This document shows, in pieces, positions 52,037-63,920 of a DNA stretch of 64,000 bases. Within the stretch, counting starts at the first letter, position 1, and every line of letters begins with the position of its first letter. Origin of the DNA: Octopus sinensis (Eukaryota). The notes below the pieces were generated by a model. That model searched no databases. It saw only the letters and a program-made list of their open reading frames with translations, and was not told the DNA's origin. The stretch lies in NCBI RefSeq assembly GCF_006345805.1, contig NC_043003.1, positions 85,002,001-85,066,000 of the forward strand. Reading direction: 5' to 3'. The position numbers and the translations under genes were made by a program.

Positions 52037-53842
52037 CTAGAAATATATAAAATACATATTATCATAGAAATAAAATCTGATAGCAAAGACATATTTGATA
52101 ACGTATATTATAATATACAATATATCATTTTATGTTTACTATAATAATATCTTCAATGGCATGCTATCATTTCATTCAATACGAATTTATATAATATCAT
52201 TGTCATGGAAGGCTATCTCTCAAGATGAGAAAATATGGAATTCCCAATGAAAATCGTTATAATGAACGAGTGATTTTATAAGCAATATTTCCATGGCAAT
52301 CTCTTAGGTATGATAATGTTATTTACGTTATCTTAATTGTGTAGTTTCCTATGAAAATTGTTCTTATGTGCGATTGATTCTATAAGCACTAAGGAATGTA
52401 TATGATTGTTATTTTATATAGAAGAAATTTTGTTAGTTTTTTTAATTATTTATTTCTGTTTATATGAAAGTTAGTTTTTTAATTACATATTTCGCATTAT
52501 AAGAAAACACGACATCCGGTTTTATCATGAAGCTTTCTCAGTAATTTACCATATAAAACAAGACAGATCGGTATTGGGACATACCAGTAACACTATCATC
52601 CAGTTTACTTTATACAGAATTATCATTTAATGACTTTATCAGATATATCTCGGAATTCATTGCCAGTTTCATTACTATTCATCATATAATAGTTATTAAT
52701 AATGCAATATTAGAGCTCTGACATATAACAATACTGTGAGGCATAGCTTTAATCTTGTCACAGAATGGTATGATTTGTTCAACTGCTCCATATTCTCCAA
52801 AACCATGCATAACTATAATTATTTGCTTTTCAATTATAAACCAATATAATAAAACTAGGTTTGCTAAAAGCAATCTATAAACACAAGTTTCAATATTATT
52901 TTAATATTTGCGACAATGTGCAAAATCTACACTTACGTGCGTGAAATTTTGTAACTACTTAAATTCATACTTTGTAACTTTGTAATTTTTATTATTATTT
53001 ACTCTCTTGAAAATAATTTCATTGATGATTACAATAAGAGTTCTTGATGAAATAAATCTTTCACAAACTGGATGAGATTACTTCACTTACAATCTTTCTG
53101 GAAAACTCTATATTTCATGCCATTCGCATGACCGTAAATGCTTTATCATCAGCATTTCAAACAATCATTCACCTGAATCTTACTTCTTCCACAATTTTCA
53201 GTTCTCCCTCTGCTTAATTACCGTAAATATATTATCATTATCGGGTTTCTGTTCTATTTATTATACTAACCACTTCTGAAACTAAGACAGTATATCCATG
53301 CCAGTTATAAATATTTTTTGATGGCTATGTTTGTGATGCATGTAATCTTCTATAGCTCGAAGTTCAATCATTGATTTACAATAAATTATACATCAATATT
53401 TTCCCTAAAGTAACATATAACATTCTTTAAAATAACTTTCAGATATGTATCAATATATAGCAGCATAAATCAATATTTATTGCCTGACAACATTTCATAA
53501 TATTTACATTTTAAACCATAAATAATTTCGTATTTTATAATAGTTCGTAATGAAACTATAAATTGCTGCAAATATGGTCACAGCAATTTTGTGGGGGATC
53601 TACTCCATCGTTTACATGAACTCAGATATTTTAACGTCTACGACAGGAGGTAATGCAATGATAATCTCGGCAGCATTTCAACGCATACCGAAGGGGGAGA
53701 GATGACGACCTGCTTAAGAATTTGATAGACCTGTTAAAGATTCTGCCAGGTTGTTAGCCCTAAGAACTATGAATAAAACGATGAATATTATAATTATAAG
53801 AATCTTTGAATATTAACATAATTATATATAAGCATTATTTAC

Positions 53843-53872
53843 CGTTTGGACCTCCATTAGCACTGGTTACGC
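53843..53872 (-). CDS. Micro-exon (30 nt): (C)VTSANGGPN, completes the signal peptide
   Basis: tatattttatatatttctag|gcgtaaccagtgctaatggaggtccaaacg|gtaaat; phase 1/1. Joined to exon 1 it gives ...AIVSCVTS/A, with a plausible signal-peptidase site. Confidence 0.72.
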
Positions 53873-55099
53873 CTAGAAATATATAAAATATATATTATAG
53901 AAAGTATATCGGATTGCAAAGTCATTTTTCATAATAGATATTATGAATATACAATATATCCTTTTTATGTTTGCTCTAATAACGTCTTCAATGGCATGCT
54001 TTCCTTTCATCTCGAGATGAGAAAATATCTGGTTTCCAATGAAAATCTTTTTAATGAATTAGTGATCCTATCAGCACTATTTCAATGGCAAGGACATGGG
54101 TTTTTTAAGGTTATTTACCTTATCTTAAACATCGCAAAAAATACACACGCAATATATTATAGTTATTTAATATAGAATAAATATTATTAGATTTGTAATT
54201 ACTTAATTTGGATTATATGGAAGACATGACATCAATACCTATTGGTTGGCAATATTTCATAATATTTACATTTTAAAACAAATATTTTCGTATTAGCATA
54301 ATAGTTCGTAATGAAATTGAGAATTGCTTTAAATATCACATCCCACCAGACTCAAGACACAAGAAATATTTTCTCAAATTGCTGCAGGATTTTCTTTCTT
54401 TCTTTTTTTTTAAATATCATTGAGTGAATGACTGCTTCTCACACATTGTGCGACGCTAGATTCATGAGAAATATTTAAACCTTTCACCAATATCCAATGA
54501 GTGTGAAAACGCACCTTGCTGCCATGCTCCTGTACTAGAAATAGAAATGCTTGCATTCGTAAACGCCATTCTTAATACCAAAGGATAGACAGTGTTTACA
54601 GAGTGCAGTTTTTCTTCCTTTCAGAGACATGATGTCAATGTAAATAATAGATATTATTAAAGACAACGTGTGTAATGTACGTAATTTACTGTTCCACGTA
54701 GTTTTCCCTAATTTCAAATATTGACTTATAATAAATTACACTTCAGTGCTCTAACCAAAACGCCAGTTAACTTTCTTTTAAAGTAATTTTCAGCTAGGTA
54801 TTAATATATAGCAACATACATTGATACTAATTGTTTGGTATTGCTTAAAATAATTCCGTACAAGGCCAGGAAGAATGAGAGGTAGCGACGTGAGACAGAG
54901 TACAGAGAAATAGAGCTCGTTTGAATGGATAATTTTAATGTTGTGAGAGAACGAACATTTTTTTCATTTTCCTGCAAGTTCTTTCTTCACAGATGCCACT
55001 GTGCGAATATCCGGTTCCAAATAGTACATTATGTCTTGTAGGAATCATTAGAATATTTTGAGATTTTATATTAGCAAGAGTATGCTATCTTAATCCTCA

Positions 55100-58000
55100 T
55101 AATGTTTTAAGGAACACACCTTGCTACTGCGTTTCTGTACAAAGTTTTTTCCATGGATTCATTCCCTTCCTAACACCATCGGGTATACTAATTCATTTTA
55201 TCACAATTTTTCTTGGCACCAGTGTAATAGTTTGCCTCGTCTTAGTCATGCCTCAAAAGTCCTCGCATCCCTGCATGGTCTTTGCTCGAACTTTGAACAT
55301 TTCGCAGCTGATACAGATTACACTTTTTACCTGTCACAAGCGCTTTGGAGTTTGTCTCACCTTCTGCAACACGATTCTGGCGTGTGTACTGGGTGCTTTC
55401 TCCCGTTGTGTGTGTTTGCTGAAATTGCTGAGCGGAGTGACAATCATGTCATGAAAAACTGCAAAAACTATGGAAAGAAGCCACAAAGCGGGAAGAAGAA
55501 AAATCCATAAAAATGTGGGAAAAACAACAAGAGTGAGTCACTAACTATGAAGAAAACCATGGAGACAAATGCATAATGAAAACGAAACCACAACAACACG
55601 AAGAAATCGAAAACAAACTTAGACACTAACCCCAGAAGAACCGAACTGAGGTAACGAACCTCTAATTACCCAAGAACATACGCGGAAATGACCCCTGTCT
55701 CACCCCAAGTACAGACCAGAAACCTATATTCTTCAATGCATAACACTGCAAATAACCAACACATGAAATATAGAAGACGACAATCAACCCATAAATCAAC
55801 ACACCATAGATGGATAAATAAAAAGAAAAAGGGCATGATAGGCAAATATCATACAGACAACCACCAACCGAAAATAACATGTACCCTAGATGGATGAATA
55901 CATAGGAAGAGAGACAAATAAAATACAGACAGCACGGGTACTATAATAGGAATAATAATCATCATGATAACTCAAGCAACCCACGATTTACGACCAAAAA
56001 TCCCATATATCCTGAATGGCGAAAAGAGCATGGAGGAAGGGAAGAAAACAAAACTTATAACCAGCGGAATTCATATAAAAGATATGAACCATCCTCCCAC
56101 TTACATGGAAACCAGAACGCCGAGATCAGAAAACGGAGACATAGTGACAAAATTCCATTTTTAGGGAGGAAATACTAAAATAACACACCGGACCCGATAA
56201 TACACAAAATTTAAATGAACACACACACAACATATAGACCCGAAGATCATAAATTTGTCAAACGAGAATGAGATGATCCTCCTATTAAAATGTTTCAAGT
56301 TTACCCCGACACCTACACCTAATCTCATAGAACTGGAATCTGATACTGAACACTTCAACCGCCACCTCCGACTTATAGAATTCTTGAACAACAAAGATTT
56401 AAATGATGAATAATAGTCAGAAATAAATCCCACTTCATCCGCTACAAGGGAAAGGACAAATAGTTAGACGTATATATAGGCACGATTTAAAAATTTCCCC
56501 TAAATACCCACAGATGCAAACAAAACCTTCGTGAAGAGGAAAAGGAAGCCTTACAAACACTGAAGAATGACATCTCAGTCATCCTAAAAGAAAAAAACAG
56601 TAATGAATAAAATCAGGAGACTAATCAATGAATTCCAAGATTCCTTCACGGACAAGGAGGAAGATTATATATGCAGCTCTGTAATCAAAGAGAGTAATTT
56701 CTACGGATTACCCAAAATCCACAAAAGCTCCGAAATACAAAGTGCCATAAATAAGAAGTACCAATACGTAAAAATACTAAGGCCTTCTGACCTCAAACTA
56801 AGACCAATAGTTGCTGGAAATCAAGCACCAACACAACAACTAAGTCATTCTTTGGATATACTCCTAAAACCTTTGTAGCTTTTAATACCCAATTATGTAC
56901 ATGATGGCATAGATTTCATCCAACACATCCCTTCCACTGTCGCAGAAGATACTATACTCACAAGTTTTGATGGCACCAATTTCTATATTAATATACCTCA
57001 CACTTTAGGCCTAGAAGCAATCAAATACCGGGTAGAGGAACACAGAGAACGGATAAATGAACGTTTCAACACTGACTTCATCACCAAGGCCACACACCTA
57101 GTACTAGAGGAAAATACCTTTAGATTCGACAATAAAACATATGGACAAAAAAGGGCACGGCCATGGGTACGCTGTTTACGATCTCATATGCAAACTTAGT
57201 AATGGGATACTTGGAAGTAAAACTTTATGAGGAAGTAGAAAAAACTTTTGATCAGGAGTACAAGAAATATATTAAAAAGTGGAAACGCTTCCTTGATGAT
57301 TGCTTCATCTTCTGGGACAAATCGAATGAAGATCTAAATATATTTAACAATATACTGAACACACTTGACCCATTCATCTAATTCACGACAGAATCCATTT
57401 GCAATGAACTACCATTCCAGGATATCCATATAAAAATACAGAACTCCACAGTCACAACAAACATATTTTATAAAACACCGACACCAACCAATATTTAAAT
57501 TTCTACTCTTGCCATAGACGCATCTGTGCTATAATGACTGACCCCAAAATACGTGAAATCCGACTCAACGAAATCAAAGGCTTCCCCACAACACAGAAAT
57601 ACCCCTTAGGATTAATTAATGAGGGGATTAAAAAAGCGATGGAACTGAATATCACATCTACGGATACCTAAGGAAAAAGTTAATGAAAACACGATTCCGT
57701 TCATTAACACACACAGTCCTGGAATGACCATCTTCCACAAACTTACCTGTACTCCTACAAAGACCCAAAATGAAAAATCTGATTGAAAAAAAACACCTTA
57801 CGGAATAGCAGATGCCAACCAAAAAATCTTAAAAAACACCTCACAAGGGCAGAATTCAAATCAGAGAATGAATCTGAATTCTTAGTAAAAGAATGTGGAG
57901 TTAGAAGATGTAGAACACGCAACATCAACAACTTCAAATACTTGGAAAGGGGTTCTTACATAAAATTCAAAAGCGGATCCCTTTTCAAGATGCAGATATG

Positions 58001-58285
58001 AACTGCAAAAGGCAAAACCTCATATACTGCATTACCTGCCCAAACTGCTAAGAAAATTACATTGGTGAAACAAATAATTCCCTCTGCCAACGTGCAAGAA
58101 TCCACAGGCAACATATCCGACAAGAGGAATTACGCGAGATTCCATTAAGTAAGCATCTGGAAATATGCAGCCTCCAAAAGTTAAACATTTTTCCCTTTTA
58201 TAAATGTGCACGGGACGATCTGCATTACTGAAAAGCAATGGAACTAGATTTCATCAAAAATTCTCTCCAAAATTGAATGTTTGAA
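55100..58285 (+). mobile_element. Decayed Penelope-like element (RT + GIY-YIG endonuclease); 5' boundary uncertain
   Basis: FYGLPKIHK, LRPIVAG, SFDGTNFYINIP, GTAMG...SYANLVMG, WKRFLDDCFIFW, and C-terminal LIYCITCPNC*ENYIGET...RARIHRQHI...KFSPKLNV*. Many stops and frameshifts. Confidence 0.88.
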
Positions 58286-58396
58286 GGTAAAGTCGAGAAT
58301 TTGAATACTTTATACCAAATGTGGTACATCTCTACAAATGTTCAGATATATGTGTGTAGCATTGGGATGTTTTAGATTTACGTATATATACATACA

Positions 58397-58447
<51 letters not shown>

Positions 58448-58449
<2 letters not shown>

Positions 58450-58720
58450 GAATACAAAAATGGGGCATCCAGACAGTTAGATGATACAAAAAGAGACAAG
58501 AAAAAACAAGGAGTCATTCCTCAGTCGAGTTCCAGATTATTTTTGCAGTTTCGTCGAGTATAACCAGCCGAAACTGAAAAGATAATCTGGAACTCGACTG
58601 ACGAAAGAAAACTCCGAATGAACCGTTTTTGTTTTTCTCTTGTCCCTTTTTGTATCATCTAACTGTCTGAATGTCTTGTTGTCTCCGGTTGCGTTCTTGT
58701 CCCATTTTTTTGTATTTTTT
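58448..58720. repeat. Imperfect fold-back inverted repeat downstream of the Penelope-like element
   Basis: …cagacagttagatgatacaaaaag…ttcctcagtcgagttccagattat…cagtttcg is mirrored by cgaaactg…ataatctggaactcgactga…ctttttgtatcatctaactgtctg; flanked by (TA)n. Confidence 0.8.
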
Positions 58721-58752
58721 ATATAGCTATAGCGGCATGCGTACACTTTGGG

Positions 58753-58797
<45 letters not shown>

Positions 58798-58863
58798 CCT
58801 CGTGTGTACCGTTGGCGATTTTTTTCCTCTGTCTTCCCTTCTCTGGATCTTTCCTTCTCCTAT

Positions 58864-58898
58864 GTTTCCGACGAAGAGCTCCGCTCGAAACGTTAAAC
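58864..58898 (+). ncRNA. Minimal type I hammerhead-like motif (core variant CCGACGA)
   Basis: gttt-CCGACGA-a-gagc-tcc-gctc-GAA-ACGT-T-aaac: perfect stem I (gttt/aaac), perfect stem II (gagc/gctc), palindromic stem III, and a U4>C change in the core. Confidence 0.6.
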
Positions 58899-58998
58899 CC
58901 TCCTTCTTTCCTTCTTCCCTGAGCGTCCAATAATACTATATTTGTTCCACGTCCTCGCGTTGTTGTGTGTTTTTTTGTGCTTTCTTGTTTGGATTAAC

Positions 58999-59029
<31 letters not shown>

Positions 59030-59104
59030 TTTTTTAGTATATTTTATTTGTTGATTGATTTTTTAAATTGTTAATTTGCAAATATTATACTAATATTTTT
59101 TAAT

Positions 59105-59210
59105 GCAGAACTACATTTCATCAAGAAATTCGCTCCAAAAATGAATGTTTGGAAGGGGTAACAGGACATTTTGTATTCTAAATATAAATTTTATTTGACA
59201 AGTTCGAGAA
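59105..59210 (+). mobile_element. Second short copy of the Penelope-like 3' end
   Basis: gaactacatttcatcaagaaattcgctccaaaaatgaatgtttg resembles 58241-58285. Confidence 0.6.
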
Positions 59211-59394
59211 TAATGAACAAGCTGTTTTTCCAAAATTCTGACGACTTTTTTCTCAAAACATATATATATATCTAAGCAATAATAAATCTCTGAACGACAC
59301 GACAATGTGAAGTATATTTGCCATTTAAATGTGGCTAACCACTAAGAGAGGATGCTACTGTAGCTTGTAGCCCCAGGAGAACATCTCCAGTTGG

Positions 59395-59463
<69 letters not shown>

Positions 59464-59484
59464 TATATAGGTATATATATATAT

Positions 59485-59875
59485 ATGAAGCAGATCATAC
59501 TCAGTCCAACCAGGCACAAAAATGGCCAGGACCTCTGGACAGAACTGACAATGTATGGCCCGGAATTAACTAAAGATAAACTCCGCACAGATGGCGCTCA
59601 AACCCTATCAAGCCTAAATTTCTATAAGGCTGACTGGAAGTAAGTTGAAAAACAAATACTCCAGCAAGACTGGACTAAAAGCCTCTCTATGCATGACATA
59701 GATGTGAAACTCAATAAATTCATGTCAATTATGCGAGTCATACGCATTAAATATGTCCCTGAGAAGGGAACCAATACACACAAAAACATCATTCCCCGAG
59801 ACAGGAGAATACACCTGCGGCGGAGAATAAAGATCTCGAATCATTTAAACAAACACCTTAATATTGTGTGACCAG
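59485..59875 (+). mobile_element. CR1/L2-type LINE internal fragment (post-endonuclease linker)
   Basis: LNFYKADWK*VEKQILQQDWTKSL...DVKLNKFMSI...KYVPEK matches the NF.KADW...DW...F...YVP.K pattern of CR1/L2/Jockey ORF2. Confidence 0.65.
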
Positions 59876-60726
59876 GTTGGATTCTTGTGAACAATATATT
59901 TTGAAGCTATGGGTGCAGGAGCTGTACTTAGTTGTTTACAGTCGCTAACCAAGGATCAGTATTAAGGAATGAGAGTCTGTTGTTAGGGTACGCATATATG
60001 TATATTATTTATATTATATGAGTGAACGCCACGCATCCATTTCCAAGTAAGTTTTATCTTAATAATCCTGATGCAACATTATTCTATCACTATCTCTATT
60101 TCTCTCTCTCTCTTCCTCTTTCTATATTCTTTTTATCTTTCCTTTTTTCTCTCTCATCCTTTCTCTAATTCTTCTCCTCCTCCTTCACCTTTCTCTATCT
60201 GCCCCTGTCTCTCCCTCACTCTTCCTCCTTGACTCTATCGTTGCTCACGCGTGACCAGCGGCCATCTTTCTTCTCCTAACTCGAATTTCTTTCTTTCTTC
60301 TCGTTCAGCTACAGGGATAGCATGAATTTTTGTCTGTCACTTGTCAAAGCTTGTTTCTCCAGCGTTCATCACTTTACCTCATTATGGCTTAACAGCCCTT
60401 ACCGTTTGTTTTTACTGTCCTGCTTTTGTTACCAATTTTGACCCTCCGCAAATCCCAAATTTTATTAAATTTGCTTTGCGGGAGCAACTGTTTTGACGAA
60501 GACGCATCCTGTCCTAATGCTCGAAATGCGAAGTAGAAAAAGCAGTGAACAACTGATGAAGGGATTGTTCTTTATGTTGCCTGTCTTGTTTTTCTATTTG
60601 TTTCTTTCGTTGTTCGCAAAAAAGTTCGTTTTCCATGTTTTTGTTTTTCATATTCTATCTCATGTTGTTTACGTTTTTTTTTACGGCTTATGCATGTGTA
60701 TATATATATATATATGTAAGTATGTA

Positions 60727-61150
60727 CAGGAGTGGCTGTGTGGTAAGTAGCTTGCTAACCAGCCACATGGTTCCGGGTTCAGTCCCACTGCGTGGCATCT
60801 TGGGCAAGTGTCTTCTGCTATAGCCCCGGGCCGACCAATGCCTTGTGAGTGGATTTGGTAGACGGAAACTGAAAGAAGCCTGTCGTATATATGTATATAT
60901 ATATATATATATATAATGTATGTGTGTGTGTGCTTGTGTGTCTGTTTGTCCCCTTAGCATTGCTTGACAACCGATGCTGGTGTGTTTACGTCCCCGTCAC
61001 TTAGCGGTTCGGCAAAAGAGACCGATAGAATAAGTACTGGGCTTACAAAGAATAAGTCCCGAGGTCGATTTGCTCGACTAAACGCGGTGCTCCAGCATGG
61101 CCGCAGTCAAATGACTGAAACAAGTAAAAGAGTAAAAAAAGTAAAGAGTA
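60727..61150 (+). mobile_element. tRNA-derived SINE, full length
   Basis: A box tggctgtgtgg, B box ggttcagtccc, central ttgggcaagtgtcttct…gtggatttggtagacggaaactgaaagaagcc, internal microsatellite, (gtaaaaga)n tail. Confidence 0.92.
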
Positions 61151-61469
61151 TATGATTAAGCGCCCTGCATCCATTTCCAAGATACTTTGGTGAATGGAGC
61201 TAGCTATGTACTGGATGATGATTGGTGATATTCCCCGTTCAGATGTGGTGGGGCAGAATATACAGTGTTCCGAAATTAAGACAACAGAAGTTTCAGGCTT
61301 CAATAGCTATCTTTAAATGTGATAAGATATGAAAATTATACATCATTATAAAAGCTTCGTGTGTTTTCTTTGTGTTTCAGTCAATATAAATTCACACTTT
61401 GGAGTGTATCTGGTTCCGTCGAACTTTGGAGTGTATCTATCTGGCTCGTAAATCGACGTCAAAATCAAG

Positions 61470-62000
61470 TTAGTTATGGTTTGGGCGACTGTGACAGCCA
61501 CTGAAAGGTCTTCCTTCGTTTTTTGTGCCATCGTGGGTTAAAATTAACAACTAGCGATTCATTAGTGATATTCTGGAAGCTGAACAGCTTCCATGGGTGA
61601 ATGTACACTTTCAAGATGCACCTTGGCGCCTCCAATAGGACTCGGCACCATCCCACAGCTTCAAACAGACAAAACAATATTCCGTTGTTCATAGGCAAGG
61701 ATGTATGGCCCTCAAAAAGCCCCGATCTCAATCCGTTGGATTTTTCTGTCTGGTTCATGCTCGACACTGCGCTAGGAATGGATTTCGATTCTGCAAGAAC
61801 AGTTGCTTACCATATGTGAACCATTTGCACTTCGATTTAAGGCCGTGATTCGAAACAGAGGTGATCATATCGAATAAATGTGGTATTGTCATAATTGTGT
61901 TTCCTTTATGATTGTACTGCAATGCTAGATGCGAAATACAACAATATTTTACTTTGACAAAATTGAAAAAAATTGGTTGCCTTAATTTTGGGTCACCCTA
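61470..62000 (+). mobile_element. 3' half of a Tc1/mariner transposon, maT (DD37D)-like
   Basis: VMVWA.VT...; Q*DSAPSH; WPSKSPDLNPLDFSVW (third catalytic residue D); LKAVIRNRGDHIE*; terminus ...ttttgggtcacccta. Confidence 0.82.
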
Positions 62001-62276
62001 TGCTTGTGTATAGTTTGACCCCAAAGTCTCAGGCAGAGAAGCACAGCATCTTTTAATGGACTAAGAAGAAAGATATTGAAAGGGTTCCAATCGGCAACGA
62101 AAGAACTTTGACAAACAAAAACAAAACCAATGTATCAATGTTTAACCAAATCAATCAAACAATCGATTAGTTTGTTGGATATGCAACCAATTGACTAATA
62201 ATAAATTGAACTAGTGGAATTGAACCAGTGAGTGTGTTAATAATATTAGCATAATGACTCTTCCTAGATACAACAA

Positions 62277-62470
62277 TATATACACACATACACTCACACA
62301 CACACACAAGCACACACACATACAAGCACACACACACAAGCACACACACACACAAGCACACACACACACAAGCACACACACACAAGCACACACACACACA
62401 AGCACACACACACACACACTCTCTCTTTCTCTCTCTCTCTCACACACACATATATACGCACACATACATT
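62277..62470. repeat. (CA)n/(CACAAGCA) and (CT)n microsatellite; further (TA)n and (TATG)n tracts at 18100-18163, 59395-59487, 63650-63745
   Basis: Direct inspection. Confidence 0.93.
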
Positions 62471-62479
62471 CAAACATAT

Positions 62480-63385
62480 ATATCAAAACCTGGGAGAAGG
62501 TAGGCGTGGCTGGAACAAGGGACACTATGGAGGGTGTAATGGCGCTTCGGCATAGCGAAGCAGTTTCTTAACAAGGAGAATGCCAGAAGGTTGTTGTTCA
62601 GTCCTCTCCTCAACATCACATCACACTTTGAAGGCTATGCGTTTGCAATCCAGGAACAGGATATTGCCACAAAGTATCTGGTGAACATGAGAGATAGTGA
62701 CGCTCTTGTAATCCCAAGGAGCAACTGTATGTGTAAGCTATGTCATGTTTCTGTGGAAGACATCACGCATGTGATTAGCAGCTGTCCTAAAATGTCATCA
62801 CGATACTACCTCCCTATGCAGCACGATGTTGTTGCTAAAACAACTTACAATGCCATCCGCAAAAAAGAATGTCCTGAAATAAACTTAGAAAATCCCTCTG
62901 TTATGGAATACATTCACAAACAACAACTTAAGGAAAACTGGTGGAATATTCCCATCAAAACTTCTGTCAAATGTAAACATTAACAGGTCAGATATTGTTG
63001 TTTGGGACAAAGGGGCAAAGGTATGTACCGTCATAGAGGTCAGCTGCCCTGCAGATATAAATATCTCTCTGAAAATCAAAAGAAAAGAAGATATATATGG
63101 ACATATATATCATCTAGGTCTATATTCATAATCATACCAATAATAATTGGAGCACTAGGAGAATCTGAATAAACAGGGATTTTCAGAAAGAGAAATCGAC
63201 CGGCTAATTCGTACATTACAAGTGCAACTTGTGACTGGAAGAGTAAAAATATGCAAGACTTTTCTCAAGTTCCAAATGTGAATTTATCTGTGTTAACTAC
63301 ATCCCAAAGATGGAGTCATGTATCTTTGTTGGAAACCGGCTACCTCCCCAATGGAAGATTTATGATAATTCAGAAATAGAAGAGA
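62480..63385 (+). mobile_element. 5'-truncated R4-like (RLE-type) LINE fragment
   Basis: EGYAFAIQEQDIATK; zinc finger CKLCHVSVEDITHVISSC...HDVVA; RLE RSDIVVWDK...VIEVSCPAD; IPIIIGALG; KICKTFLKFQM* at 63281. Confidence 0.85.
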
Positions 63386-63813
63386 CAGACATACATACAT
63401 GCATACGTACATACATTCTCAATATGGAAAATACTTAGCACTCAAATGATTTGAATTTACACTCCGAAATTTTTATCAGGGACGGAGTCCACGAAGTAAT
63501 GGGTGGCTATGAGAGAAATTCAGGTGAGCAGATAAGGATACAATGATGTATGTATGCATGTATTTATGTATGTACGTACATATATAGATACATGTATATG
63601 CTAAACTGGTAACACGATCTCTCTTTTTCCATCTCTCTCTCTCCCTATATATATAAATATATGTATGTTATGTATGTATGTATGTATTTATGTATGTTAT
63701 GTATGTATGTATGTATGTATGTATGTATGTATGTATGTATGTATCCATATCTGTAATAGAAAGTGCTAGTTTAGTGAAATAGTAAAAAAAATAGTATATC
63801 ACACGATACTCAC

Positions 63814-63859
63814 ATGAAACTATGGCCATGACGACGATGAGAAGATATATAGTCTTCAT
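63814..63859 (-). CDS. First coding exon of the micro-exon gene: signal peptide MKTIYLLIVVMAIVS
   Basis: aaacatcATG aag act ata tat ctt ctc atc gtc gtc atg gcc ata gtt tca t|gtgagt. A basic n-region and hydrophobic h-region, a consensus donor, and phase 1 like all micro-exons. Confidence 0.7.
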
Positions 63860-63912
63860 GATGTTTACTTAAGAAAGTCAACGATCACAATAAAGCGGAG
63901 ACCAATTTTTTT

Positions 63913-63920
63913 CTTATATA
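63913..63920 (-). promoter_or_regulatory. Candidate TATA box (TATATAAG) of the micro-exon gene
   Basis: About 55 bp upstream of the ATG at 63859; lies in a short TA run, so chance is possible. Confidence 0.35.

Larger units (their letters stand above)
29518..54845. repeat. Tandem array of ~1.75-kb intron+micro-exon units: homogeneous core ~34140-50790, degenerate and rearranged flanks
   Basis: Spacing between successive micro-exons from 35370: 1756, 1396, 1756, 1756, 1756, 1750, 1756, 1743, 1754, 1215, 1835. The repeated 70-aa ORF in the track shows the same core periods. Unit homology fades outward to ~29518 and ~54845. Confidence 0.97.

Noticed and set aside
29518-54845. Reading the array as CRISPR-like (constant repeats with short variable inserts) or as plain satellite DNA
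   Set aside because: The context is eukaryotic, the repeats are ~1.7 kb, there are no cas genes, and the variable inserts are bounded by AG/GT splice sites and recur as a few types.
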